A stretch of 64,000 nucleotides of DNA, taken from assembly GCA_046538485.1 (NCBI GenBank), contig JBKHIT010000004.1, positions 1-64,000 on the forward strand, given 5' to 3'. The notes beneath the pieces are model-generated. The model was given only the letters and a program-made list of their open reading frames with translations. It was not told the DNA's origin and did not search any database. Position 1 is the stretch's first letter. Each line of letters opens with the position of its first letter. Made by a program: the position numbers and the translations under genes. Shown here piece after piece: positions 31,901 through 40,873 of this stretch. This DNA is from Candidatus Brocadiia bacterium. GTDB taxonomy: Bacteria; Planctomycetota; Brocadiia; SM23-32.

Positions 31901-33112
31901 GTCCATGTCAGCTGGAAAAGCGGTGCCACGAGGATGGAGGCGGGCGTCAAAACCGACTACAAAAAAGGCGGCGCATCGCCGAAATGCTGGGCATACCGCC
32001 GGGTGAACGAAAAATGGCCGTACCTGGCCGAGGATATGGATCGCGATACGACACTGACTCAACAGGGACGGTGTGCGCGGCTGGAAAAACAGGGAGCCGT
32101 ATTGGTCACTGACCCCGAGAGAATGGCTTATTTGCAGGCAGAGCCCGTAAGCGGCACGTATTGCGGCTGGAATCCGCTTCCCGATATGACAATGTACCGA
32201 CTGGTCACACCCGAAGGAATACGCCTTGAAACCGACGGACGCACAGGACTGACGCGGGTGATTGTGCAACCGGGAAACAGACGCATTGAACTCGATCATG
32301 CTTTGAAGGCCGGGCAGAAGGATCGAGGGGACCTTGCAACGACCCTTCTGGTGTTTGGTATGGACAAACAGCCGACCGTTTTTCGCAATGGACGCCGGAT
32401 TGCCCCGACACCTGCGGCCAAACCACCTCAAGTGCTGAAGAAGAAAATTGGTGAGAAACACGCCTGGGTGATCCCCCTTCGTGAGGAAGTGACGCGCCAG
32501 GATCTGGGAGGAGTGGCTGAGCGCTACCAGCGCGTGACCGAGATACTCGATATTATCGCACGAGGCGAAAAACCTGATATAGTCGATACAGTCGTCCAGG
32601 ATTGGTTGGTAATCGGCCCGTTTTCCAACAAAAATAAGAAGGGATTTTCCAAAGCCTATCCCCCCGAGAAGCAAGTCGACCTCGCAGCAACCTATCAGGG
32701 CGTCGGGGGAAAGACCGTTGCCTGGAAACGAACCCAAACTCCAGATAAACCACCGCTCGGTCAAGGCCCGATCAACCTGAAAAAGCTCTTCGACCCCGCT
32801 CAAAACGTCTGCGCTTACGCCTTTACGGAAATCGAATCCGACCGTGCTCGTGACGCAACCCTGTACGTGGGCAGCGACGATACCATCACCGTATGGATAA
32901 ACGGAGACCAGGTGCTGAGCCGAGAGGTGTATCGCGGCGCGGCGCTCGATCAGGACCAAACGTCCATCCACCTGCAGGAAGGCACCAATCGTGTGCTGGT
33001 AAAAATCTGCCAGACCTGGGGTGGATGGGAGTTTTATTTCCGCATCGGCGACGTTTACGGTCTGCCCATTGAGGAAGGCCTAAAATTCGGCGTGAGCTTG
33101 CCCAACAAATGA
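28934..33112 (+). CDS. Large secreted hypothetical protein (1392 aa), possibly carbohydrate-active; paralogue of 24002-27907
   Basis: Signal peptide (..TAADA|G). Blocks shared with the first copy: RFP..AEK...L..GY.I.KAEL, RWHAV, MP.WQWKR.Q.L, PPRYW.G, GT.NF, QE..D.YY, YHP.LR, YDSFEDF, W.V.GPF, GSD[DE]. Confidence 0.8.
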   Translation: MHTRKNRCFFVIICLAIAVTAADAGETTGDQDRLLLKDAETALISGFREQWNEPQPDKLLFDGVHRNLLVRFPKAAEKIAGKLKQGYRIKKAELLLPFDGTDFGKGLYELRTSFGGAKLYKQRKPRWHAVGWALRKPWTADSELGPTFNAYIDGTGYWEKFGAQSPQNDRFEEPFGPVEVSYFQAWHKPDPVLDNSELEETSPLKRSADNIEKSGVTPEQPFEPDSEANDPEVELDEKTIDPARMDVTASLTNPSFGRSLAKRLRRLSDCGFLLEKWETYDWRYRVAGQGAYEWQVAVGGGALHIQKPSLEVTFTQNENPVKIDVPPPVDIPSLAKTLKKENRGGQPTASIPGDGKLDNLIAAHQIQRADWMPEWQWKRVQELDDLGGGYRMPSSRKKYLQWIDGMLNDPPRYWNGWDVHDRLLTYFLYRNALPRPVREHYFHDYWKAWLMCWMATDKLEHPQAVELRHDGENKYYNRTGDWRGNASFYRDGYCYNMGTMNFNHTSAMGALLAGGFTDCQRAVRDGRHGLEQWPLRTWCWYDGSTQESIDHYYFAITLSGQKMFADFGPTHLDRLMGKSILAKSVGEITSAYHPALRHFIASSGRTNMQYVLLTQDGLQHIVHTLSRKGSLHDVNNDNLPDTLRTIGRDVPPGRVAQQAATGAWAPAWVSNMVDQKPIPFSMTCAYKEWGHHARNPLWRRTYLGKNYGLGSTDLHWGVVQVLGQWRREPAKPVTKLQEIGIFTIRCGVNETRLVNSHSGWMPSEGNLAVFQEKNKMIAVGSPYRMDPDKMGAYINTKTEKPKQEIRSGEPATKSAGPALKSLQTTVGFFNYQKPRTWQIYVNGEPVSELPFTAEHGQRITIRDGASYIGLIPLPGGPPASTNKVVIKAGNEQTGYPKKIRITPALVIDSYSYFVSGDAKKTNADKLDALINEDVKTENDKGPNMNALDHSYSGFVVEMGDETEYDSFEDFQRHFAESELKTRWQKETKTVHVSWKSGATRMEAGVKTDYKKGGASPKCWAYRRVNEKWPYLAEDMDRDTTLTQQGRCARLEKQGAVLVTDPERMAYLQAEPVSGTYCGWNPLPDMTMYRLVTPEGIRLETDGRTGLTRVIVQPGNRRIELDHALKAGQKDRGDLATTLLVFGMDKQPTVFRNGRRIAPTPAAKPPQVLKKKIGEKHAWVIPLREEVTRQDLGGVAERYQRVTEILDIIARGEKPDIVDTVVQDWLVIGPFSNKNKKGFSKAYPPEKQVDLAATYQGVGGKTVAWKRTQTPDKPPLGQGPINLKKLFDPAQNVCAYAFTEIESDRARDATLYVGSDDTITVWINGDQVLSREVYRGAALDQDQTSIHLQEGTNRVLVKICQTWGGWEFYFRIGDVYGLPIEEGLKFGVSLPNK

Positions 33113-33273
33113 TAACCGCGCCTAAACAGGTTTCTGAGCGGGAACAGGTTTTTCACAAAGCTTAGAATCTGGTTGCGTTGGCGTTCTAAAATGTGCATTT
33201 TACACTGTAACGTGTATACTGGCCCTCGATGACCTTCGGTCGCCTGCTATTTTATTTTTCTCCGGGCTTTCTG

Positions 33274-34428
33274 ATGGACGACAAATCTTGCCTGATTAAA
33301 AACGGTGACGTTTTTATTGACGGCCATTTTGTCTCTCAAAATATAATTATTGAAAATGGCAAAATCGTACGGCTTTTTGCACCGGGGACTGCGCCGAAAA
33401 AAGATTTCGTCGTTATTGACGCGTCCGGGAAGTTTGTGCTCCCGGGGCTTGTCGATCTCCACGTTCATGGAGCGGGAGGAAGCGATTTGCTGGAGGACCG
33501 TTCTGATGCTCTCCCCGATGTCGCGCGCCATCTTGCTCGTTTCGGGACGACGGCTTTTCTGGCCACAACTCTGATAATGCATGAAGACAAAGGCCAACCT
33601 CATATCCGTCATATCGTGGAATCACCCACGAAACACGAAAAGGCGGCGCGGGTTCTTGGCATTCACATCGAAGGACCGTTCGTCAACCCTGATAAACGGG
33701 GTATGATTCAGCCAATCTCCATTCGCGAGCCGTCACCGGCTGCTCTGGGATCCATTCTCAAGCTTTGTCAGGGCAAGCTCAAGATGATGACGATTGCTCC
33801 GGAACTCGATGGTGTCATTCCCTTGTTGCGAGACCTTGCATCCCAGGGCGTCATAGCGGCACTGGGGCATACGGACGCCACGTATGCCGAGGTTCGGACT
33901 GGGGTCGAGAATGGGATAACGCACGTTACGCACGTTGCCAACGCCATGCGTGGGCTTCATCATCGCGAACCGGGAGCTCTGGGAGCGGCCATCATGGACG
34001 AACGTCTATCGGTGCAAATTATCGGCGACTGCGTGCATATCCATCCACAAATATTCGAGTTTATCGTTCGCTCAAAAGCCCCGGGGATGTATGCTTTGAT
34101 CACAGACGGAATTAGGGCTACAGGTCTCGCGCCGGGAGATTACGAGCATGGAGTTATATCATTTGTGGTAGAAGATGGCGTTGCGAGGGCCAAAGACGGG
34201 ACACTCGTGGGAACGGCACTTACTCAATTACAGATGATCCAGCGTCTCAGAGAACAAACGCAGATTCCCTTTGCTGAACTGGTTCGCATGGCGACCATTT
34301 ATCCAGCGCAGATTCTCAATATTGCCGATCAAAAAGGAAGCATTGGGGAAGGCAAAGACGCTGATATTGTCATTTGCAACCAGGACCTTGAACCGGTGCG
34401 GGTTTTTGTGGAAGGACAGTCTGTCTAA
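33274..34428 (+). CDS. nagA: N-acetylglucosamine-6-phosphate deacetylase
   Basis: PGLVDLHVHG, GIHIEGPF, TIAPE, LGHTDAT, THVANAM, HHREPG, LITD. Start is 33274 or 33229. Confidence 0.9.
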   Translation: MDDKSCLIKNGDVFIDGHFVSQNIIIENGKIVRLFAPGTAPKKDFVVIDASGKFVLPGLVDLHVHGAGGSDLLEDRSDALPDVARHLARFGTTAFLATTLIMHEDKGQPHIRHIVESPTKHEKAARVLGIHIEGPFVNPDKRGMIQPISIREPSPAALGSILKLCQGKLKMMTIAPELDGVIPLLRDLASQGVIAALGHTDATYAEVRTGVENGITHVTHVANAMRGLHHREPGALGAAIMDERLSVQIIGDCVHIHPQIFEFIVRSKAPGMYALITDGIRATGLAPGDYEHGVISFVVEDGVARAKDGTLVGTALTQLQMIQRLREQTQIPFAELVRMATIYPAQILNIADQKGSIGEGKDADIVICNQDLEPVRVFVEGQSV

Positions 34429-34482
34429 CGGCGCACGGAATAATGGGGAGCCTGTTCGCACGTTTATTCGAGTTCAGCTGTT

Positions 34483-36525
34483 TTACTTCTGACACAACAG
34501 GCTCTCCACAAACAGCAGGCCCAGGGCTATCCAGAAAAAGGTCTGCCAGAGAGAAGTCCCTTGTCCCTGCCCCGAACTCCTGGAATAGTTCAGAATTTGG
34601 CGCTGTCTTTTTTGCTCAAAATCGCCCGTAGGCAACTGTTGCAATTTAGAGGCCTTCGGGTCCGGGTTAACGGCAAAAGCCCAAGCCTGTCTTTGTGCGC
34701 CTGGCTCCGATGAGATCTTGTATATGCCTGGGCGGTTGGTTTTCTCAAATCGGGCTTTTCGTTCACGAACCATGACAGTTCGCCAGTCGGCATCCTTTCC
34801 CGGCGCCTTCACGAAAATAGTCCCTTTTTCAAATCGGAGAGTATGCTGCAACGTGCGCCCCACTTTTACACTGACCGGTTGATCATCAGTCATCCCGCCT
34901 CCCAGGTACCGAATACTCTGGTAGATAAAGGGCACAAACACGGGCTGAATGCAGAAATTGTTCCAGTCTCGATCCAGTGGACTTGCCAGAAGGAACACTC
35001 TTGAACTCTGCCCTTCGGTCTCAACCAGTGCCGGTTCTCCCGTATCGAACTGCAGCAATATGTTGGCCGTTTCCCTGGCTTCCAAACTCCAGTACTTGCG
35101 GAACTTCGCTCGCCCAAATTTGCGCACCCAGGTTTTGCTGAAACTGCGAAACAAAGGGTGTCGTGCGTTTTGCACGCGAACAGTGGCGTGCTTTTTATTT
35201 TGGCCTTGTCCTCCGCTAATTCTGAGTGGGACAGCTGGCAAAAGGTTACCGATATGTTTTCTGTAAGATGAGCTTTTGACCCGATCGCCCAGGATAAACC
35301 ACAGCGCTCCACCGGCGTCAACATACCGTTTTAGCTGGCCTCGCGGTGGCAATGATTTTGCGGGGCAATTGGCAAAAACAATACAGTCAAAGTCAGCCAG
35401 TGAAATTTCACGGACTTCTTCGTGGGTCACAGTCCGGGGTTTAAGCTGCAATTCCTGCCCGCCAGCTCTCAGAGCCGAGTCCAGATAGAATGTTTCACTG
35501 GCGTACATACTCTCGTGGGGATCACCATTAACTATTAATGTGCGTATTTTCCGATAACCGGCACCTGCCAGATACCAGATGTTATCTGCAGGAAGATTGT
35601 CTTCTGGAAGCCGGACCTGCCCGTAGTACCGCTTTTCTTGTGTTGCACCTGTAAGGCGGGCCAATCCCCTGCCCTCTCTATCAGGCGTGACGGTAACCTG
35701 TGACCGGGAACCGTCTTCGAGTTCGATTGAACACGTAAAGCTTTTGGTTTTAAGTTTTCCGGAACATTTAATTTTCACGACAACGGAGACGATACCATCG
35801 GCACTTTTAACGTCCAGGTCTTCGATATGTCGATTGGAGGCATTGTCATTTCGGCGTATCTTCACCATTCGGACGTCGACAGGTGCGCTGGCCAGCATTT
35901 CCAGGTCCCGCGAGTTCCAACTGCTGCGGGTCATATCTGAGATTATCACGAGCAATTTTCGCGGGCTCTTTTCCTTCTTGAGAGCGCTGAGCGCGGTTTC
36001 AAGGGCTGGCCGGGCGGGATCTGCAGTAAAAGAAGGTTCGGTGTCCTTTATCCCCTGTATTAGCCGTTCCACATCAGCGGAAAACCGCCCGGGCCCGATG
36101 GGCCGGCCGGTGAAAGACACGGCCCGGACACGATCGAAACCACGCAGTTGCTCCAAATATTTAAGGGTTTCTTGCTGCGCTTTTTCAAAACAGCTCTGTG
36201 AATCTTCCGCATATCGCATACTGAGCGTATCGTCGAAGACAATGGCCATGCTGGCCGGCCCCTCACCGAGAACAAACTGGTCTTCCGCTTTCAGGAGAGG
36301 CATTGCAAGGCCGAGAGCAAAAAACAGAAGACATAGGACGCGCAACATCATCACCAGTAGTTGCCGCAATCGGAGCCGGTTGGCAAGACGTTTTCGGGCA
36401 GCGACGAGCAATTTTACAGCCGGGAATTCGTGTTCTGGGGCCCGTTGGCGCTGGATTAGATGGATGATCAACGGTATTACCCCCCCGGCTAATCCCGCCA
36501 GCATTATCGGATGTAGCCACGCCAT
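34483..36525 (-). CDS. BatA-like double-TM N-terminus + vWA + glutamine-amidotransferase-like domain protein
   Basis: P..L.GL....IPLIIHL..R.R....FP...L, DDTLSM, IISD, L.ADN, YVDAGG.L, W.NF...PVF, C-terminal W......L...ES.L. Confidence 0.75.
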   Translation of the reverse strand: MAWLHPIMLAGLAGGVIPLIIHLIQRQRAPEHEFPAVKLLVAARKRLANRLRLRQLLVMMLRVLCLLFFALGLAMPLLKAEDQFVLGEGPASMAIVFDDTLSMRYAEDSQSCFEKAQQETLKYLEQLRGFDRVRAVSFTGRPIGPGRFSADVERLIQGIKDTEPSFTADPARPALETALSALKKEKSPRKLLVIISDMTRSSWNSRDLEMLASAPVDVRMVKIRRNDNASNRHIEDLDVKSADGIVSVVVKIKCSGKLKTKSFTCSIELEDGSRSQVTVTPDREGRGLARLTGATQEKRYYGQVRLPEDNLPADNIWYLAGAGYRKIRTLIVNGDPHESMYASETFYLDSALRAGGQELQLKPRTVTHEEVREISLADFDCIVFANCPAKSLPPRGQLKRYVDAGGALWFILGDRVKSSSYRKHIGNLLPAVPLRISGGQGQNKKHATVRVQNARHPLFRSFSKTWVRKFGRAKFRKYWSLEARETANILLQFDTGEPALVETEGQSSRVFLLASPLDRDWNNFCIQPVFVPFIYQSIRYLGGGMTDDQPVSVKVGRTLQHTLRFEKGTIFVKAPGKDADWRTVMVRERKARFEKTNRPGIYKISSEPGAQRQAWAFAVNPDPKASKLQQLPTGDFEQKRQRQILNYSRSSGQGQGTSLWQTFFWIALGLLFVESLLCQK

Positions 36526-36564
36526 GGAATTCTCCTGGCCCACTGTGTCTTATTGGTATGGTTT

Positions 36565-37749
36565 TCAGTGCAGAAAAGAACGCATCAACTCGTGTCCACG
36601 GTCCCAACGAACTTCCGTCTGTTCAGCGTAAGCTTCAGAGAAGGGCAATTTCGATATTGCTTCTATCCCCGCTCCCCACATCGCAACCGGCACCGCTCCT
36701 CGGAGATGCCGTCCTTGTTCGACCGACGTATAGTGATCGGGAAGGATGATTAATCTGAGATTGTCGTTTTCATCGGCAAGAGACATTAGTGGCCCCACAA
36801 TTTCCTGGTCCACTTTTTCGATTGCCTGGACTTTTGCTCGCACATCACAGTTATGCGACGCTTCGTCAGATGCTTCAATATGAACAAGAACGATATCATA
36901 TTTTTCAAGGGCGTCGATTGCATAACGGCCCTTGGCATTATAATCGGTATCGGTGAAACCGGTGATACCGGGGACCTCTATGATGTCCCATCCGATAAGA
37001 CGAGCGATTCCGCGCACCAGGTTAACCGCGCTGATGGCTGCGCCTTTTCCACCATATTTTTCGTCAAAATCTTCCATTTGAGGTTTTTGGCCTTCCCCCC
37101 ACAACCAGATCATATTGGCCGGATTTTGCCCGAGATCTCGTCGCACCTCATTAATCTCATGATTTTCCAGAATTTCACGCGACCTCTCCATCAAATAGAC
37201 CAGCTGTTTGCTGCCACCGCCCGTGGGTAAGATATCAACAAGGGGTTCCCCCATGGCCTGATGGGGTGGTGTCGTCTTTATTGAGAGCATACCGGCTGGA
37301 TTGTATGTCATAAGATGGCGGTAGCTCATGCCCGTGTAGAAATGTACGGCATCAGTTCCGAGTTCATTGTTAAGTTCTTCAATCAGGACATTGGCTTCCT
37401 CAGTACTGATATGCCCGGCGCAAAAATCTCCCATCTTACTGCCGTCGGTCGTGATAAAATTACACCGGAAACCCCACTCCTGAGATTCCAGTTCCACCCC
37501 CAGGTCGGCAGCTTCTAACGGAGCACGGCCGGTGTAATATTTTTCGGGGTCATATCCTAACACGCTGAGAATCGCCACGTCGCTTCCCGGTGCCTCGCGT
37601 TTGGGCACTGTCTTTACTTCTCCGAGTAATCCTTCCCGGGCCGCCCGGTCCATATTCGGGATTCGCGCCGTTTCAAGAGGCGTTCGTCCATCCAGTTTGT
37701 TCAAAGCAAAATCGGCCGCGCCGTCTGGTATGACAATGCAGTATTTCAT
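36565..37749 (-). CDS. Cofactor-independent phosphoglycerate mutase family (ApgM-like; alkaline phosphatase superfamily)
   Basis: IPDGAAD, GRTPLE.A..PNMD, PGSDVA, GRAPLEAA, HIEASDEASH, LPDH.T. Confidence 0.85.
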   Translation of the reverse strand: MKYCIVIPDGAADFALNKLDGRTPLETARIPNMDRAAREGLLGEVKTVPKREAPGSDVAILSVLGYDPEKYYTGRAPLEAADLGVELESQEWGFRCNFITTDGSKMGDFCAGHISTEEANVLIEELNNELGTDAVHFYTGMSYRHLMTYNPAGMLSIKTTPPHQAMGEPLVDILPTGGGSKQLVYLMERSREILENHEINEVRRDLGQNPANMIWLWGEGQKPQMEDFDEKYGGKGAAISAVNLVRGIARLIGWDIIEVPGITGFTDTDYNAKGRYAIDALEKYDIVLVHIEASDEASHNCDVRAKVQAIEKVDQEIVGPLMSLADENDNLRLIILPDHYTSVEQGRHLRGAVPVAMWGAGIEAISKLPFSEAYAEQTEVRWDRGHELMRSFLH

Positions 37750-37786
37750 TTTTTCCCGCAAACCAATGAGAGAAACAACAACGCAG

Positions 37787-39094
37787 TCAGATATCCTGCA
37801 CCCGGAGCATTCGAGTATCCGCACCGTCCACAGAGTCAAGGGCATTGATCTTGGAGAGTGCAGCGTTCATTTCGCTCTCCTTCGCTTGATGTGTCATAAA
37901 AACAACGGGCACGTAATGCTCGGGGTGAGAAGCCTGATCCTGCTGCATACAGGATGCGATGCTGATGTCGTGTTCACCCAAAATCCCGGCCACTTTTGCC
38001 AGCACACCGGGCCGATCGTGGCAACTGAGGCGGAAATAGTATCGCATCTCCAGTTCATTCGAAGGGATCATTCGGGCTTCTGGCACATCACCGAACTGTG
38101 AAAAGTCCCGGAAACAAGGCTGGTATGTCCCCAATGCAAGGCGCGCGACATCGGCCACCACAGCAGTGGCGGTGGGCCACCTCCCGGCTCCCAAACCGGT
38201 GAGCATAATCTCGCCGGCACACGCTCCGTGAACACAAACGGCATTATACGCTCCGCCAATTGTCGCCAGGGGATGATTGTGTTTAAGAAGCGCCGGGTGA
38301 ACACGCAATTCAGTGCCTTCCTCGCGCTGGATACCAATTGCCAGAAGCTTGACCGTGTATCCCAACGCACGCGCATACCGGAGATCTTGCGGCTCTATAT
38401 TCGTGACGCCTTCGCGGGGAATTTCATTGTCCTGGACTTCGACGCCGAATCCGATACGTGCCAGAACACCCAGTTTATGCGCTGAATCGTGCCCTTCAAC
38501 ATCCAGTTCCGGATTGGCTTCGGCGTAGCCTTTCTCCTGAGCTTCTAATAGAGCCTCCCCGTATGAAACTCCTCGATCAGTCATCTGTGTTAAAATGTAA
38601 TTGCAGGTACCGTTCACAATTCCGTACACACTCTGAATGCGGTCCCCAATCATCGCATCGCGCATCGACGCAACAACTGGGATGCCTCCGGCGACACTTG
38701 CTTCAAAAGCGATACTTTTGCCCACCTCCCTGGCCAGAGCATACAGGTGCTGTCCGTGAGCCGCGAGAAGTGCTTTATTTGCGGTTACAATATCTTTCCC
38801 CGATCGCAATGCTTTCTCGACTACCCTGGCAGCTATATCTGTGCCTCCGATAAGTTCCACAACGATACCCACATCTGGATCTCCCAACGGGGCGTCCAGT
38901 TCAGTTGTAACTTCGACGGAGGCAGGGAAATCTATCTCCTGCGCTATTTCTTCAGCTCGAACATCCACGACATAAGCCAGTTCGATGGGACTTGTCATTT
39001 TTCGGAGCAGGCCGCCCTTTTCACCCAGCAAAATGCGCGCTACGCCCGTTCCGATTGTGCCGCAGCCGTACAAGGCTACCTTGGTTTTTGGCAT
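37787..39094 (-). CDS. hom: Homoserine dehydrogenase with C-terminal ACT domain
   Basis: G.GTIG.G, VELIGG, VTANKA, FEASVAGGIP, GIVNGTCNYIL, GYAEA.P..DVEG.DSAHK, DRPGVLA. Confidence 0.95.
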   Translation of the reverse strand: MPKTKVALYGCGTIGTGVARILLGEKGGLLRKMTSPIELAYVVDVRAEEIAQEIDFPASVEVTTELDAPLGDPDVGIVVELIGGTDIAARVVEKALRSGKDIVTANKALLAAHGQHLYALAREVGKSIAFEASVAGGIPVVASMRDAMIGDRIQSVYGIVNGTCNYILTQMTDRGVSYGEALLEAQEKGYAEANPELDVEGHDSAHKLGVLARIGFGVEVQDNEIPREGVTNIEPQDLRYARALGYTVKLLAIGIQREEGTELRVHPALLKHNHPLATIGGAYNAVCVHGACAGEIMLTGLGAGRWPTATAVVADVARLALGTYQPCFRDFSQFGDVPEARMIPSNELEMRYYFRLSCHDRPGVLAKVAGILGEHDISIASCMQQDQASHPEHYVPVVFMTHQAKESEMNAALSKINALDSVDGADTRMLRVQDI

Positions 39095-39191
39095 GGGAAT
39101 AAGACCTTGCGAGAGTTTAAAATGTTGCTCCTCCGGCAGAAACAAACAAATATATCAGCCCCCCGCCGGAGTGTCAATCTCTCCCGTGCTG

Positions 39192-40826
39192 TCAAGATTC
39201 GCCAGAAAATCCATCTGCTGTCGATCCGTAAATCCGGTAATCAATTTCCGGGAAAATATTATCGCGGTTTTCGATTTGCTCGAGGTGCTCTTCCGATATG
39301 TCCTCCTCTTCCAACGCCCGGCAGAGGCTTTGGAAACGTCCGATATGATTTTCCACCCGGTAGCGAGCATAATCCCGGGCGGTTCCGACGCTCAGCAAAA
39401 ATGGCCAGTCGCTGCTCTGGGCCAGCATTAATTCGCGTGCACACTGATCAAGCGTCCGCTTTTGCGCTCCATCGGCAGTGGAATATTCATTCGCCAATTT
39501 TACCATGGTTTGTTCTGCTGCAAGCAGATGCCTGCAAATCCAGTCGTTAGAACCATTGACCCAGACGTCAAAGTAGCCTTCATAACCCCATGTTGATGGC
39601 GCCGGTGAAGCTAACTGATTCCTCGGATTCTTCGTCAGATATTCTGAAGGAGTTACGGTCTGCAGGAGTGGGGCGTCCTGAGTTTTGCCTGATTTTTTTT
39701 TGTCGTCCGTCAGTTGAAGGACAGATTCCAAAAAGATTGGTCCTTCGAACCACCAATGTCCAAACAACTCGGCATCATACGGAGAACTGATCAACGGGTA
39801 TTGGTCGATCACTCCTGCCAATTGATCGATTTGTTTTATCCGTTCGGAGACAAAATGGGCCGCATGATCCCGCGCTTTCTGGTTTGCCATTTTCGGTCTA
39901 TATGGTTCTTTATCTTCGAGGGGCACATCGCCCGTTATGCGATGATATTTAATCCCAACCTCATGTCTCTGGCCTGCCGGATCCAAATATGGTTTTATGG
40001 CGTCATAATCGGCATCGTAACCCAGGTCTCGATGGAACTCCCGGTATTCGGGATCTCCAGGATAACCCTCGTCGGCACTCCAAACCTGTTTTGAGGTCTC
40101 GACATCGCGTCCGAACGCCGCAAGTCCGGCGGGTGTAATAATGGGCGAGAAAACGCCGTAGACCGGCCTTGGTTCAGCCAGTAATACGCCGTGACTCTCG
40201 AGGAAAAAATACCTCAGACCGCTTTGTTTGAGCAATTCATCAAGACCATTGTTATAGGCACATTCCGGCAACCAGATGCCTCGCGGGCGGGTTCCAAAAT
40301 GCTTTTCGTAGTTCCTGCAGCCCTGCTCAATCTGTGCTCGTGCCCCCTCCTGCGTCGCCATCAATGGCAACAATGCGTGAGTGGCCGTGGAGGTAAGGAC
40401 TTCAATCACCCCTTCATTTTGCAACTGCCGCAGTCCTGTCAGAAGAGACTGCCCTGCCCGATTTCCGTAGGAACTTTCGATATCTTCAAAACGCTTATAG
40501 TACATTCGCGCTACGCGTTCAAACGGAGTGTTTCGGGTCCGTTCCAGTTCCTGCTCCATCAACTGTTTTCTTGCCCGTACGTAGCGCCCGCACCGTTCCT
40601 GCAGGAGCTCATCTGCCAGCATTTCACAGAGTGTCGGCGTTATCGAGAAACTGATTCGGTATTCAGTGCCTTCTCTGTGAAGCCGTTGCAACATCTCAAA
40701 CAACGGGAGATAGGTTTCCGTAACAGCCTCGAACAGCCAATTTTCTTCCAGGAACTGCTCGTATTCCGGATGACGCACGAAGGGCAAGTGGCAATGCAAT
40801 AGAAGGCACAAATATCCTTCAGACAT
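39192..40826 (-). CDS. GH57 1,4-alpha-glucan branching enzyme (with DUF1957-type C-terminus)
   Basis: LHCHLPFVRH, EENWLFEA..ETYLP, GIWLPECAY, VWS...GYPGD..YREF, PYDAELFGHWWFEG, RELMLAQSSDWPF. Confidence 0.9.
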   Translation of the reverse strand: MSEGYLCLLLHCHLPFVRHPEYEQFLEENWLFEAVTETYLPLFEMLQRLHREGTEYRISFSITPTLCEMLADELLQERCGRYVRARKQLMEQELERTRNTPFERVARMYYKRFEDIESSYGNRAGQSLLTGLRQLQNEGVIEVLTSTATHALLPLMATQEGARAQIEQGCRNYEKHFGTRPRGIWLPECAYNNGLDELLKQSGLRYFFLESHGVLLAEPRPVYGVFSPIITPAGLAAFGRDVETSKQVWSADEGYPGDPEYREFHRDLGYDADYDAIKPYLDPAGQRHEVGIKYHRITGDVPLEDKEPYRPKMANQKARDHAAHFVSERIKQIDQLAGVIDQYPLISSPYDAELFGHWWFEGPIFLESVLQLTDDKKKSGKTQDAPLLQTVTPSEYLTKNPRNQLASPAPSTWGYEGYFDVWVNGSNDWICRHLLAAEQTMVKLANEYSTADGAQKRTLDQCARELMLAQSSDWPFLLSVGTARDYARYRVENHIGRFQSLCRALEEEDISEEHLEQIENRDNIFPEIDYRIYGSTADGFSGES

Positions 40827-40873
40827 GATGCAAACGCCTTTTCAGGGGAGAATAGGGAGATGACTTCGAGATA

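Noticed and set aside
30974..32971. 665-aa minus-strand ORF, and similar long antisense ORFs (e.g. 25805-26764, 35687-36631, 43401-44342, 53189-54115)
   Set aside because: They lie wholly opposite well-supported genes and have no motifs; typical shadow ORFs.
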